A DNA stretch of 64,000 nt from contig OY820914.1 of the NCBI GenBank assembly GCA_963682005.1, positions 605,433-669,432 of the forward strand, read 5' to 3'. The notes below the pieces were generated by a model. That model was not told the origin of the DNA. It ran no database searches and saw nothing but the letters and a program-made list of their open reading frames with translations. Shown here in pieces: positions 36,881-46,954 of the stretch (within the stretch, counting starts at the first letter, position 1; every line of letters begins with the position of its first letter). The DNA is from Bacteroidales bacterium. GTDB taxonomy: Bacteria; Bacteroidota; Bacteroidia; Bacteroidales; FEN-979. The translations under genes were made by a program, and so were the position numbers.

Positions 36881-38524
36881 TTATTTCTCTTTATGTGCCT
36901 TCCTGTCTGTTCCTGAATCCTGGCGATCGTAGATCAGATCTCCCGGACTTTGCGTGAAGATCTTTCTTGTTGTATGCTTGAGGGCAAAGTAACTTGCCAC
37001 AAGGATGAGGATCAGTGACGTTATCGTCCATTGATTCACCAGGTCGAAATAATTCTCACCCGCCTCCATGGGGCTTTTAAACAGGATGAGAACAAGCCTG
37101 ACCGCCCCCATTGAACCGACAGTCATATTGACCACGTACGAGATGACAATGGCAATGAGGATTACGCTGAAGATGATAGAAAGGTAAATCTTTTCCAGTG
37201 AACGATGATGGATCCCGAATGCCTTGAATGTGCCAATATTCATCTTGATCCGATCAAGGTGATTCCTTAAAAGATTGGTGAGGAATAAAATGATGCTGAG
37301 GACACTAAAGATCATTAGGATGATTGAAATGATCTGTGTCAGGTTGGATATGAAATTATAATTTTCCAGTGCTTTCACCTGTCCCATATCAATCCGCATT
37401 TTATGGGTTGCCTGCAGGTAATCGTTAAAGTCTTTCAGTTTATCCAGGCTGGTAAATTCAACGACCAGCTTATCCAGCCAGAAATTTGCAACGCTATCCA
37501 TCGTGACAGTAGTTGTATAATCAGCATACCTGGTAAAGCTGAATCCCCTTATTTTTTTATCATTTGCAAGAGCATGATAGATTCGATCCCGTAAAGCAAC
37601 GGATGTGTCAGGTTTAATTCCCACATTGATCTGGTAGCACGGAAAAAATGAGTAGTCATAGGGCTGTATGTCGACAATGGGTGCAAGGTGGTTGTATTTT
37701 GGATCTTCTTTGAGAAGTTGCTTGATCTTGTCTTTTAATTCATGTGCTCTTTTATCCTTTTCAATCGTCAGAAATGCAATCCCCGGGGGCAGTGTCGGAT
37801 CAAATGGGTTGTAGGTGGTCAGGGCCATTTGGCGTTGCTGGAAGAAATAGGTCGTTGCAAAAAAGTCATTTTTCCCCGGCAGCTCTCTGACAACGGCAAT
37901 AATTGGCAAAGGAACTTCCCTGAATTTATCCTCGGTGGTGGATTTATCCGGAAATGCCATGATGAGGTATGGTGACTTATGCTCATAACCGAGTTTTTTA
38001 AGCAGCTTGGATGTCACGATCAATCCCAGCTCCCTTTCCTGTAAAAATTCTCTTCCGTAGATGAGGTTACTGTCTTTCAGGATAACCTTTAGCATGGGGT
38101 TACCCAAGTCTATCGTTCTTCCCTTCATATCTTCGGATGCGGCATCATTCTTTCTGACATCCCAGAACCGGAGCGAGAATGACCGGTACCCTGTTACACT
38201 GCGGTATTTATATTTCTTTTTCGCCAGCGTATCTTCCTTAAGCTGCCTCATGATCTCAGGCAGTTCATCGGCCTGAACATAAGGAATATCAATGGATACC
38301 CATTTGATAAAAGGATCATTCATCTTTTCATTCAGGTAACGAAGGCTCCCTTTTGCAAAGCCAAGAGCAAAAAAAGTGATCAAGAAAATGATCAGCAGGA
38401 AAATAAAATTGCTGAAATTTTTTCCCATAAGCACTCGTCCTTCTTTTTTAAAAAAGAGGTAGGCAAAATCCACAGAAATATTGGTGAACAAATATTTTGA
38501 AAAAAAAGCAAATATTTTTTTCAT
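36881..38524 (-). CDS. FtsX/MacB/LolC-type ABC permease
   Basis: N-terminal TM, large periplasmic domain and three C-terminal TMs with the R.K.NIGTFKAFG coupling motif. Confidence 0.8.
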   Translation of the reverse strand: MKKIFAFFSKYLFTNISVDFAYLFFKKEGRVLMGKNFSNFIFLLIIFLITFFALGFAKGSLRYLNEKMNDPFIKWVSIDIPYVQADELPEIMRQLKEDTLAKKKYKYRSVTGYRSFSLRFWDVRKNDAASEDMKGRTIDLGNPMLKVILKDSNLIYGREFLQERELGLIVTSKLLKKLGYEHKSPYLIMAFPDKSTTEDKFREVPLPIIAVVRELPGKNDFFATTYFFQQRQMALTTYNPFDPTLPPGIAFLTIEKDKRAHELKDKIKQLLKEDPKYNHLAPIVDIQPYDYSFFPCYQINVGIKPDTSVALRDRIYHALANDKKIRGFSFTRYADYTTTVTMDSVANFWLDKLVVEFTSLDKLKDFNDYLQATHKMRIDMGQVKALENYNFISNLTQIISIILMIFSVLSIILFLTNLLRNHLDRIKMNIGTFKAFGIHHRSLEKIYLSIIFSVILIAIVISYVVNMTVGSMGAVRLVLILFKSPMEAGENYFDLVNQWTITSLILILVASYFALKHTTRKIFTQSPGDLIYDRQDSGTDRKAHKEK

Positions 38525-38556
38525 ATTTTCCAGTTTAGATGGATGGGTCTCCGGTT

Positions 38557-39381
38557 CTAAAATATCGATTGAATTTCCCTGAGGATATCAGGAACATCTT
38601 CATCCTGCCAGGTCAACCAGGAATTGGTTCCTCCTTTCCTTGTAAACAAACCATCCTGTGATAATTCAACAACCTTGTTTTCGGTCGCCTGTTCGCGCAA
38701 TAAGATCAGCACATCGGCATATTTTAATGAAAGATGAATGTTGTGGCTGACAATGATGGCTGATCTTTTGTTCTTCAGCAGGTTCTCCTTAAGAATGGAG
38801 ATAAGCTCATCGGAATTTGATTCATCCAGGTTGCCGGTTGGTTCGTCACCAAAGAGAACCGTAAATTTGGGAGTGATCGCTCTTACAAATGCAAGACGTT
38901 GTTTCTGCCCACCCGATAATTCAACGGCATTTTTCCAATCGGGGATTTCAGCAAGGCCCAGGGTCGACATAACAGAACGAACATTTGCATTTGCATTTTC
39001 CATGGTGGCTCCCTGGATCATCTGGGTCAGGCAGGCATTTTCCAAGGCAGTAAAATTCGGCATCAGGTTCGTATTCTGAAAAATAAAACTGAAATATTCC
39101 CGCCGGATCCTGCCTCTCTCCGAGAAAAGCTGTTCTTTCCAGAGATTTGCAAAGGAAATTTCCGAACTGTCCTCATTTGGCAAAAAAAGAATATCGCCAC
39201 TTTCGATCGTGTTGTTCATGAGTCCAAGGGTCTCCAGAAAGGTGCTTTTCCCGCTCCCGGATTTTCCCAGCAATACGACGAGCTTATTCCTTGGGATTTG
39301 AAGATCCGCGACTTTAAGCACAACATTCCCCCGTTTATATGCACAGTGGAGTTTCTTTATGATAAACAAAGGATTATCCAT
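38557..39381 (-). CDS. ABC ATP-binding protein (LolD/MacB-type)
   Basis: GKSGSGKS, FIFQ, LSGGQKQR, DEPTGNLD and VSH motifs. Confidence 0.92.
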   Translation of the reverse strand: MDNPLFIIKKLHCAYKRGNVVLKVADLQIPRNKLVVLLGKSGSGKSTFLETLGLMNNTIESGDILFLPNEDSSEISFANLWKEQLFSERGRIRREYFSFIFQNTNLMPNFTALENACLTQMIQGATMENANANVRSVMSTLGLAEIPDWKNAVELSGGQKQRLAFVRAITPKFTVLFGDEPTGNLDESNSDELISILKENLLKNKRSAIIVSHNIHLSLKYADVLILLREQATENKVVELSQDGLFTRKGGTNSWLTWQDEDVPDILREIQSIF

Positions 39382-39393
39382 ATATCCAACGTA

Positions 39394-40800
39394 TTAATAG
39401 AAAAAACGAAGGTCTACCCAATAGTACCGGGTGCTATTTGATACAAAAGTCAGCTTGCTGTTCTTCCCGGTGGATAACCGGGATAATTCATCCAGGCTTG
39501 TTCTCATTTTAGCCAGGAACGGGATGAGAAAGCTATCAGGAATCAGCGATTCATCTGTTAGTTTTCGTACAGAATTATTCAAAACGGCTTCGGATGAGTT
39601 TGTAATCCAGAAGAGATTCTCAAAAATTTCCTTCAACTTGTAATTCAATATTTTCTCCTCTTCAAGGTTCGGATATTCCTTTTTCATCAGGAGTATCAGG
39701 GTGAGTTTCAGTTTCTGCCTGTCGAGAACTGTTGATGAATTATCAATGACCGACCTCATATTCAACACCACTTCCATAAGCTCCTGGTTCGACATCAGGG
39801 TGACGTATTTGAACAGCGGATACTGCATGGAATCTGGTTTCCAGGGGGCATAGGCTGTTTTAAAATCATCGTCGACCATTTTAATTTTTTCTATTCCATC
39901 CTGTTCTTTGATCAGGGGAAAATAAATCCAATCATTTTTATCGCTTTCCGGTTGATAATTCCAGATCACGAACTTTTTGTCTGCCTTGCTTGTTTTCCTG
40001 AATCTGATGGCCTGCTCCTGATCAAAAAAGATGCTGGGAGCAATATTTTTCGAACTCATTTCACTCAATGCTTCAGGTGAATCGTTCGGCATGATCCAGG
40101 TCCGGGATTGCGGCAGGTAGCAAAAATCAATGGGAACCCATCCGATTATGATTTCCATTGGATCTGTACCAAAAGGGATTTTCCTTTCCCTGCCCAGGAG
40201 TATGGCCTTAGGTTCAATCTTATATACAAAATATAATTGCCTGGCTTCGGTGTATATTTTTCGTTTCTGCAGCAGTTCAGGGTCATTGTATACCTCCACC
40301 CCTGTTTTACTGTTCCCGGAGTTCTCTTGCGTGTTATACATATCTTCCTGGCCAAACGTCATAGCCTGAATATTTTGTTTCGTTTTCCCGTCGATAAGAC
40401 AATGACGCCATAAAAGGAGATCGTGCATATTGATCCAGCCTTTATCAACCGCTGTTTTTCCAAGATAAAAGTTATTCAGGTCTGGCGAGGGGTCCGAATA
40501 AACATGGAGGTATTCACCTACCATGTTGTTCACGAAATAGGTGTCATTTAACGATGCTTTCGAACCGATCTCCTTTGCCTCGGAAGTGCGGAAAAGGTTA
40601 TTGTTGCTCCTGTCTGAAAAAACTTCCCAGTAAGCCCCGGTATTTATGCTCAAAACATTACTCCTGTCCGCATTGTACTCAGGAACAATATATTCCTGTG
40701 GGATACCCATTATTTTAATTGGCAGATTCTTCTGCGCTGCGAGTACAAGAGGAAATAAGAGGAAAATGAAAATCATCCTCCTCTTTGAAAAATTGTCCAT
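39394..40800 (-). CDS. TssR-like protein lacking the vWA domain
   Basis: Shares WEVFSDR, GWI...LLLWR.CL, F.YK, GWV and the C-terminal YW.. with 40825..43266, but has no MIDAS motif; signal peptide present. Confidence 0.7.
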   Translation of the reverse strand: MDNFSKRRMIFIFLLFPLVLAAQKNLPIKIMGIPQEYIVPEYNADRSNVLSINTGAYWEVFSDRSNNNLFRTSEAKEIGSKASLNDTYFVNNMVGEYLHVYSDPSPDLNNFYLGKTAVDKGWINMHDLLLWRHCLIDGKTKQNIQAMTFGQEDMYNTQENSGNSKTGVEVYNDPELLQKRKIYTEARQLYFVYKIEPKAILLGRERKIPFGTDPMEIIIGWVPIDFCYLPQSRTWIMPNDSPEALSEMSSKNIAPSIFFDQEQAIRFRKTSKADKKFVIWNYQPESDKNDWIYFPLIKEQDGIEKIKMVDDDFKTAYAPWKPDSMQYPLFKYVTLMSNQELMEVVLNMRSVIDNSSTVLDRQKLKLTLILLMKKEYPNLEEEKILNYKLKEIFENLFWITNSSEAVLNNSVRKLTDESLIPDSFLIPFLAKMRTSLDELSRLSTGKNSKLTFVSNSTRYYWVDLRFFY

Positions 40801-40824
40801 GTATCGTATGAATCGGAATGAATA

Positions 40825-43266
40825 TTACGGCAGATCTGTTTGCTGGATCCAGTAGAACCGCTGTTCATGGTTTATAAACGAATAATGCTGATACCCTGGA
40901 ATATTATCCCTTATCTTGTTAAGAATCTTTTCCTTTGATCCGACCCTGTTTACCCATTTCGTCAGGTCTCTGTCTGATATGATGGAAGCATCTCCGATAT
41001 CGCGGATCTTATGCTGAAGGAGTTCGGTCTTCCCGACCGCACCAAATACAGTGGCTTCAGCTTCTGCAAGGGACATCTCCTCAATTTCCTTGTTTGAGAC
41101 GGACCCCATATGGCTTTTAAGCACCTGCATCCATGCGTTCTTAAATGCCTCCCTCAGCTGATCCGGGCTTAGCCCTTGTTCAATGGACAAGCTCTTTATC
41201 CGTAAAATCAATTCGGAGAGTTCCTCATTGCTGAAAAGAAGATCAAACTGCCAGAGGGGCAACTGTGCATTTTTTATGGTATTTGTGGTATAGCCCTCAC
41301 TGTAAACCTGTGCATGTTCTTCTGCAAGTATTTTCAGGTTTTCAACAGGAATATCCCAGATCGTCAGAAGGTTTAATACAGGACCAGTGAGGTTTTCCGT
41401 ACCTCCTCCATCCTGAAGATTCTGAACATTGGCCAGGGTGGCATTTGTAGAATCATTGATGCCGTGAATTGCTTTCACGATTTCTTTTGTTAACACTGGT
41501 GCTGACATGACGCCATCCTGACCAACAAACGTCTGTTGCATGACAAAACCTGCCTTTAAGGGAGAATTCAATAACATCCATTTTTTATCCTGGTCATAAT
41601 TGACCGGTAGAGTTGGGGGGGGCTTCACTGAATTTGTGGCATTTGCTGCATCCTGGAAATCGTTATAAACAAGCCGGCCCAACGTCACCAGGATATTCTT
41701 GGTATCCTTTACGAATTTATTGTAATACTCCCATCCGGCTTTGGGACAATGGACCTGGAAAGCAATGAAGCTGCAATTATAATCATGAAGCAGGTTGATG
41801 ACATCCGTGTTTGTAACAGGATTGTCATCGATCGCCTTGCCGTTATCTCCGGCATCTCCCACCAGGATAACAACATTTGTCTGCTTCTTGTCGGGGCTTG
41901 TTTTACGCAAAGCCGAACTTACACCATAGTTCACAGCTTCCGTAAAATCATGGTCATCATCATTGCTGAATGCTTTTCTATCCCGAAGCCAGCTTGCGAT
42001 TACACCATAATCGGAACTCAATCCTTTAAATTCTGCAACATTGTCCTTATCTTCCTTGTCCCTGTATATCATCACGGAAAATCTGAAATCATTCCTTTTG
42101 TCTGAGACAAGGTCCTTCATGCTCTCAATGATCCCCTCGCTTACACTGGCAAAATAGGGACTCATGCTTTTCGTTCCGTCAATCACGAAGATCATATTGA
42201 TGTTGCGGTTGATATCGCTACCCTTATTCAATAATTCCTTGGTATCAGCCCATTGAAATTCCGTGAGTTTACGGCCGCTTATGGTGTTGACTTCACCGAT
42301 CGATCCGATCTTAAAGATTTGATTTGTTTTATTGATCTCATCCTGGTTGGACAGGATCGGGAACCGGCTGAAATAGGAGCCGTATTGACTAATTGATTTG
42401 CATGAGTCATAATCCCAGACGACAGATTCAGGAGGGGGCTGTTGATTATCACGGTATTTCCGGGCTGCTTCGATGGTACTGAAAACGATGGCCTTGGATT
42501 TACGGGAATTCCTTTCTGAGATGGCTTCTGAAGCTGTATTGGGTATGGAAGCAACACGGTGATCCCAAACTGTAACCCGTTTTGCATCAACCCAACCTTT
42601 CACAGCATCCTTTTCAACATAATTCATAAACCTCGCCGTTGTGCCGAGCAGGTATGATCTGGGCTTTGTTGAGTTCGGAAAATAATTGATCTTATAGATG
42701 TAAAAAACCTGGTAAACATTGCATACATATTCATTTTTTTCCTTCATGTCAGGATCATCATAGAACCTAACAAATTTTGATTCGCCCGGCTCGAGCTTCG
42801 CCTTGGTCGCAAATTTTATGGTATTCATCAGGACGGCTTTTTTCGAAACGTCCTGTTCATTGTAAAGGCAACTCCTCCAAAGCAAAAGATTATCCTGGTG
42901 GATCCAACCATAATCCTTTGATGCCAGTGAGGGTTTCATTTCCTGTTCTGCCAGGTTATTATCCTTATAGATATGGATGTATTCTCCATCCACTTCTCCC
43001 ACGAAAAACCAATCCAGGTATTTTAAGGTTTTCATGACTTTTGTTCCGCCAGGAGTTGTATAAGTCTGATTCTTATTCCTGTCGGAAAACACCTCCCAGA
43101 TTGCCGTCAGATTGTCTCCCGGCAATTCTACTTTTGCTTCTAGATGTGGCTTATTATACTTGTTTGGGAGCATCTTGTAAGATTTTTCCCCGGTCTGGGC
43201 AAATCCTGAGCAAAATAGCAACAACAACAAATTCAAACACAGTAAACTCCTGAACATGAAAATCAT
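40825..43266 (-). CDS. tssR: T6SS-iii TssR-family protein with a vWA domain
   Basis: WEVFSDR.KN, LLLW..CL, vWA FVIDGTKSM...VILVGDAG and C-terminal FYWI...LP. The likely start is 43266; the 43323 start overlaps the upstream gene. Confidence 0.78.
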   Translation of the reverse strand: MIFMFRSLLCLNLLLLLFCSGFAQTGEKSYKMLPNKYNKPHLEAKVELPGDNLTAIWEVFSDRNKNQTYTTPGGTKVMKTLKYLDWFFVGEVDGEYIHIYKDNNLAEQEMKPSLASKDYGWIHQDNLLLWRSCLYNEQDVSKKAVLMNTIKFATKAKLEPGESKFVRFYDDPDMKEKNEYVCNVYQVFYIYKINYFPNSTKPRSYLLGTTARFMNYVEKDAVKGWVDAKRVTVWDHRVASIPNTASEAISERNSRKSKAIVFSTIEAARKYRDNQQPPPESVVWDYDSCKSISQYGSYFSRFPILSNQDEINKTNQIFKIGSIGEVNTISGRKLTEFQWADTKELLNKGSDINRNINMIFVIDGTKSMSPYFASVSEGIIESMKDLVSDKRNDFRFSVMIYRDKEDKDNVAEFKGLSSDYGVIASWLRDRKAFSNDDDHDFTEAVNYGVSSALRKTSPDKKQTNVVILVGDAGDNGKAIDDNPVTNTDVINLLHDYNCSFIAFQVHCPKAGWEYYNKFVKDTKNILVTLGRLVYNDFQDAANATNSVKPPPTLPVNYDQDKKWMLLNSPLKAGFVMQQTFVGQDGVMSAPVLTKEIVKAIHGINDSTNATLANVQNLQDGGGTENLTGPVLNLLTIWDIPVENLKILAEEHAQVYSEGYTTNTIKNAQLPLWQFDLLFSNEELSELILRIKSLSIEQGLSPDQLREAFKNAWMQVLKSHMGSVSNKEIEEMSLAEAEATVFGAVGKTELLQHKIRDIGDASIISDRDLTKWVNRVGSKEKILNKIRDNIPGYQHYSFINHEQRFYWIQQTDLP

Positions 43267-43279
43267 AGTTTGTCTCCTC

Positions 43280-45373
43280 CTACTCTTTTGATAAATTATA
43301 GAAAAAATAATCAACATTCGCATTTACATTCTGCTGGTCGGAACTGCTGCCAGTCTGGGTTTCTTTATTATAATTGATCAGGTCTCTCGGATCAATATCC
43401 TTGTCCAGAAAGACATATACCTTGATATTCCTGATATTGTCATGAGGCAGAATGATCCCGTCATTAACAATTCTTGAAATGAACATCCTTCCTCCATCCT
43501 TATATACCGAATAGGGCATATAAAACTGGATCTTTATCGTTGACTCAGTGGCAAGGTCAAGCTTCTGTATGGCATTATTGAAATTTGTGAAATCTTCATT
43601 CAGGTTTGGTTTGTCATCAAACAGCATCTGTATTTTCTGTAAAGTGCCCCGGTAAACTGCAGTATCGGAGGTAATATAAGGACGTTCCGCATTACTGACA
43701 AACAGTGAAAACGGAATATTATAGGCCTTAATGGATTCAAGTCTTGACTCGAGGGATTTGCGCGTGATTATACGGATAGAGGGCATGGGCAGGGTATAGA
43801 TGATGCTATATGATTTAGTAACTGAAAGATTAACCCTTTTTCCTGCATTGATCTCAGTGGGCGATAAAACGATGGAAAGCTTATCATAGACGGGGTCCGT
43901 AATGAAGATCTTGTATTTGATCCCTTCCATGCTGATCATATCGGGAATACCGTCTTTTACCTTGTATTTGATGATCGGATCGCCTTCTTTTGGTAGTGGG
44001 AACCCAATCTGCAGGTAACAATAATCAATGGGACGCCCTTTCTCAGGATCAAAAAAGTCGAGCTTTAATGTAGTTTTCGGAAACCGGATGCTGGCATTAA
44101 ATTTCACAATTTCATTTTTCGAATTCTTTGATGCCTTTAACTCCGACGGGGCTTCACAATCCAGAATAATGTCTGACCGGGATTGAAACAATTCAGGAAA
44201 TACCAGTGTATCCCGTACCTGGTCAAAAAACAGTTGCTGTCCTTTATACGCGAATATCAGCGGCAGCTTGTTCTTTCCGATAAGGGCCAGGGCTTCCGGA
44301 TCAGGATCCGACTCCCTGCGGTTTGTTTCCGCCTGTTCAACATTCACCGGGATTTCGATCGTATTCAATTGAAATTTCCGGATTTGCCTGTTGGATTCTT
44401 TGGATAACACCCTCAGCGTATCCGTGTGGGCAGAAAACTTAAAGTACATGGTACTTTCATTAAATGTCGACATCCGGCCGCTGATAAATGCAAGAATCTC
44501 AGGATAAACGATGGGGTTGATCTCTGGTAGCTTGGTAATGACAGGCCTGTTTACTGGAGATTCCACGGGTGTTTCAGACAGACCAGGTTCCGTGGCTTTG
44601 GGTTCTGCATTAAGAGCAGCTGGTTGCGTTTCAGGTGAGGATGGTGGGTTTACAGGTGCAGGCGGTGGTGTTACCGCTGCGGGAGGAATTACCGGGACTT
44701 CAGGTGTCTCGGTTTTTGCAATCGATTTCCCGGGCCAATCCACTTTTTCCACTTCGGTCAGCTGCATTTCAATTTTTTGCTTCACTTTAAATGCGGGTGG
44801 CAGCTCCGGGCACTTTTGCTTGTTGCAAAGTATGAACAGGATACCCTTTGCATCAGCGGGGTTTTTCATCAATTTCGAAATGTTATCTGCGAGCATTTTA
44901 TTGGCATTCAGATCCACCGCGATCAGGAAAAATTCCGACATATCTTCAAGATCCAACTGGGCTGCATTCTGAACGAAGACATCCGAAAGCAATGTGTGAA
45001 CTCCCGGCTGTGTTGTGGTATCAGAAGGCTTGGCCCAAAGAACATCCATATCAACAAGTGATGTGTTGCTGATCCCGGCAAAGCCCACAAGAATTTTCCT
45101 GGCAGGTATCCCTTCCGAACTTTTTTGCGGACCGATCTGATATTCAACCTTGAGCGGGATCAGAAATACCCCCTGAAGTGTACTGAAATCTTCCCCTGCC
45201 CTTGAGATGCCGTAAAATGATTTCGGGGTTGAGAAATCTTTCCTGGAGATTGGCAGCGGGGCAAAGACTTTCTTCTGCAATTCAACTTGTGCAGTTGCAT
45301 ACCCAGGGTCAAGGATAAGCAGGAGAAAAGATAAAAAACCGAAAAAAACTGAACGTGTATATGATCTTACCAT
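43280..45373 (-). CDS. Exported hypothetical protein with a Pro-rich linker
   Basis: Signal peptide, central PPAAVTPPPAPVNPP linker; tightly coupled to tssR. Confidence 0.7.
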   Translation of the reverse strand: MVRSYTRSVFFGFLSFLLLILDPGYATAQVELQKKVFAPLPISRKDFSTPKSFYGISRAGEDFSTLQGVFLIPLKVEYQIGPQKSSEGIPARKILVGFAGISNTSLVDMDVLWAKPSDTTTQPGVHTLLSDVFVQNAAQLDLEDMSEFFLIAVDLNANKMLADNISKLMKNPADAKGILFILCNKQKCPELPPAFKVKQKIEMQLTEVEKVDWPGKSIAKTETPEVPVIPPAAVTPPPAPVNPPSSPETQPAALNAEPKATEPGLSETPVESPVNRPVITKLPEINPIVYPEILAFISGRMSTFNESTMYFKFSAHTDTLRVLSKESNRQIRKFQLNTIEIPVNVEQAETNRRESDPDPEALALIGKNKLPLIFAYKGQQLFFDQVRDTLVFPELFQSRSDIILDCEAPSELKASKNSKNEIVKFNASIRFPKTTLKLDFFDPEKGRPIDYCYLQIGFPLPKEGDPIIKYKVKDGIPDMISMEGIKYKIFITDPVYDKLSIVLSPTEINAGKRVNLSVTKSYSIIYTLPMPSIRIITRKSLESRLESIKAYNIPFSLFVSNAERPYITSDTAVYRGTLQKIQMLFDDKPNLNEDFTNFNNAIQKLDLATESTIKIQFYMPYSVYKDGGRMFISRIVNDGIILPHDNIRNIKVYVFLDKDIDPRDLINYNKETQTGSSSDQQNVNANVDYFFYNLSKE

Positions 45374-45411
45374 AATTTCGATTGAACTCCTCAGGTTAAC
45401 GTCAAAACTTT

Positions 45412-46932
45412 TTAATAAGCAGTAAGACGGATGTTTATGCCAAGATCAAGACTGAATGCAGAAAGGGAGGCCTTGGAAGCTCCATAAAGACTGTTGAATG
45501 TATCATCACCGTTATACACGCTATAACCCGATCCCCTGTTTGCAATATTTGAAAAACCGTATGCATATTCAATGCCCAGGAATAAATCAATACTTTTCGA
45601 AAGACTTGCTTTAAGGCCCAGACCGACAAGGGCCGAAAGGTTGATGGAATTCAGATATGAATTGGTTGAAGTTGAAGAAAGGTCAGAATACGTGCCATAT
45701 CCATAGTCAGACAATTCATTTCCCCAAAGGATAATATTATCATACCCCGGATATTCTCCCATAAATGTACCGGTTCCGACTGTGGTTGTATAGTCTTTGG
45801 AAAGCACAAAGCTTGCTTTTATTCCCAGTTTCCCATAGAGCGAAAGTGCTTTTGATACTGAAAGGTCATATTTTACATAAAGAGGTATCTGCAGGTAGGA
45901 AATTTTATCTTCCTCCTTCAATGAGGTAAGCGTATCAATCAGGTTATACGGATCATTATCAATATCCACAAATTTTTCCGGAACATATTCATCAATATGG
46001 TTTGTCGTCAGTGTATTGGTATACATTCCATAATCGATCGTCAGGCCGACGCTTAACAATCCTGCTGAAGACTTGAACAAACCTGCTTCGATACCCAGGC
46101 CACCGGCCAGGACGATCCCCGACTCAGATGTAAGTGACGAGATATTTCCCTGTCCCTGATCGGCGATCGTTACATTGAACATGGAGTAGCCCGGAAGTAA
46201 ATGAATAACAAATGATATTGGTTTCTTATTGGCTTCAACTCCCGAGTCGGCAGTAATTATTCCCATTTTGGATACCTCGTCGCTCGGGCAATATTTTGTC
46301 AAGGCTTCCGAGAAGGCTGTTTTGGCTTTCTTGTAATCTTTTTTTGCAAGATATGTTTTCCCGATGTCGCGCAATTCCTTGCATTTATCGTTCCCGATGG
46401 TGTCTTCGATTTTCGCAATTTTGAACGAAGTAAGCAGGTCGTTGAACTGGATGACAAAATTCAGAGGGGTTTTAGGTGAATGGATATGTTCATCCTTGTA
46501 CATCCCCTGCATTTCCTTCCGGGTACTTACCACGATCTGATAATTGTTCTTGCTATAGCTCTGGATGGGGTTTTTCTTTCCGATCTTAACGACCACGACC
46601 ATACCTGCGGGATACCACTGCCTGACATATTCAATATATTTTGAGACCGTGATATGCGTCGGGGTTTTTTTCGAATAATCGAGGTCGTTGATTACATCAA
46701 CTTCAGGAGAAACAAAAAGTTTCCGGAATCCGTCGACATATTCTTCCAGGATCTTGCCTTCATCAACATCCCTGGTGAACTGTGAAAATTCTTCATATCG
46801 GCGAATGATGGAATCTGCCTTTCGGTTGACGGTGTTTTTTTCCGCTGGTGTAAATGTACGCTGTGCGAACCCGGGAAGAGAGAAACAGATGGTGATGACA
46901 GAGAGAAAATAATATATCTTTTTCATAGTCAT
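45412..46932 (-). CDS. Outer-membrane beta-barrel protein with N-terminal periplasmic and TPR-like domains
   Basis: Signal peptide, TPR-like helix pair, amphipathic strands, YLQIPLY and C-terminal FSLDLGINIRL (PorT/OMP_b-brl_2-like). Confidence 0.75.
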   Translation of the reverse strand: MTMKKIYYFLSVITICFSLPGFAQRTFTPAEKNTVNRKADSIIRRYEEFSQFTRDVDEGKILEEYVDGFRKLFVSPEVDVINDLDYSKKTPTHITVSKYIEYVRQWYPAGMVVVVKIGKKNPIQSYSKNNYQIVVSTRKEMQGMYKDEHIHSPKTPLNFVIQFNDLLTSFKIAKIEDTIGNDKCKELRDIGKTYLAKKDYKKAKTAFSEALTKYCPSDEVSKMGIITADSGVEANKKPISFVIHLLPGYSMFNVTIADQGQGNISSLTSESGIVLAGGLGIEAGLFKSSAGLLSVGLTIDYGMYTNTLTTNHIDEYVPEKFVDIDNDPYNLIDTLTSLKEEDKISYLQIPLYVKYDLSVSKALSLYGKLGIKASFVLSKDYTTTVGTGTFMGEYPGYDNIILWGNELSDYGYGTYSDLSSTSTNSYLNSINLSALVGLGLKASLSKSIDLFLGIEYAYGFSNIANRGSGYSVYNGDDTFNSLYGASKASLSAFSLDLGINIRLTAY

Positions 46933-46954
46933 TTTTTTTGCTGTTAAAAATGAA

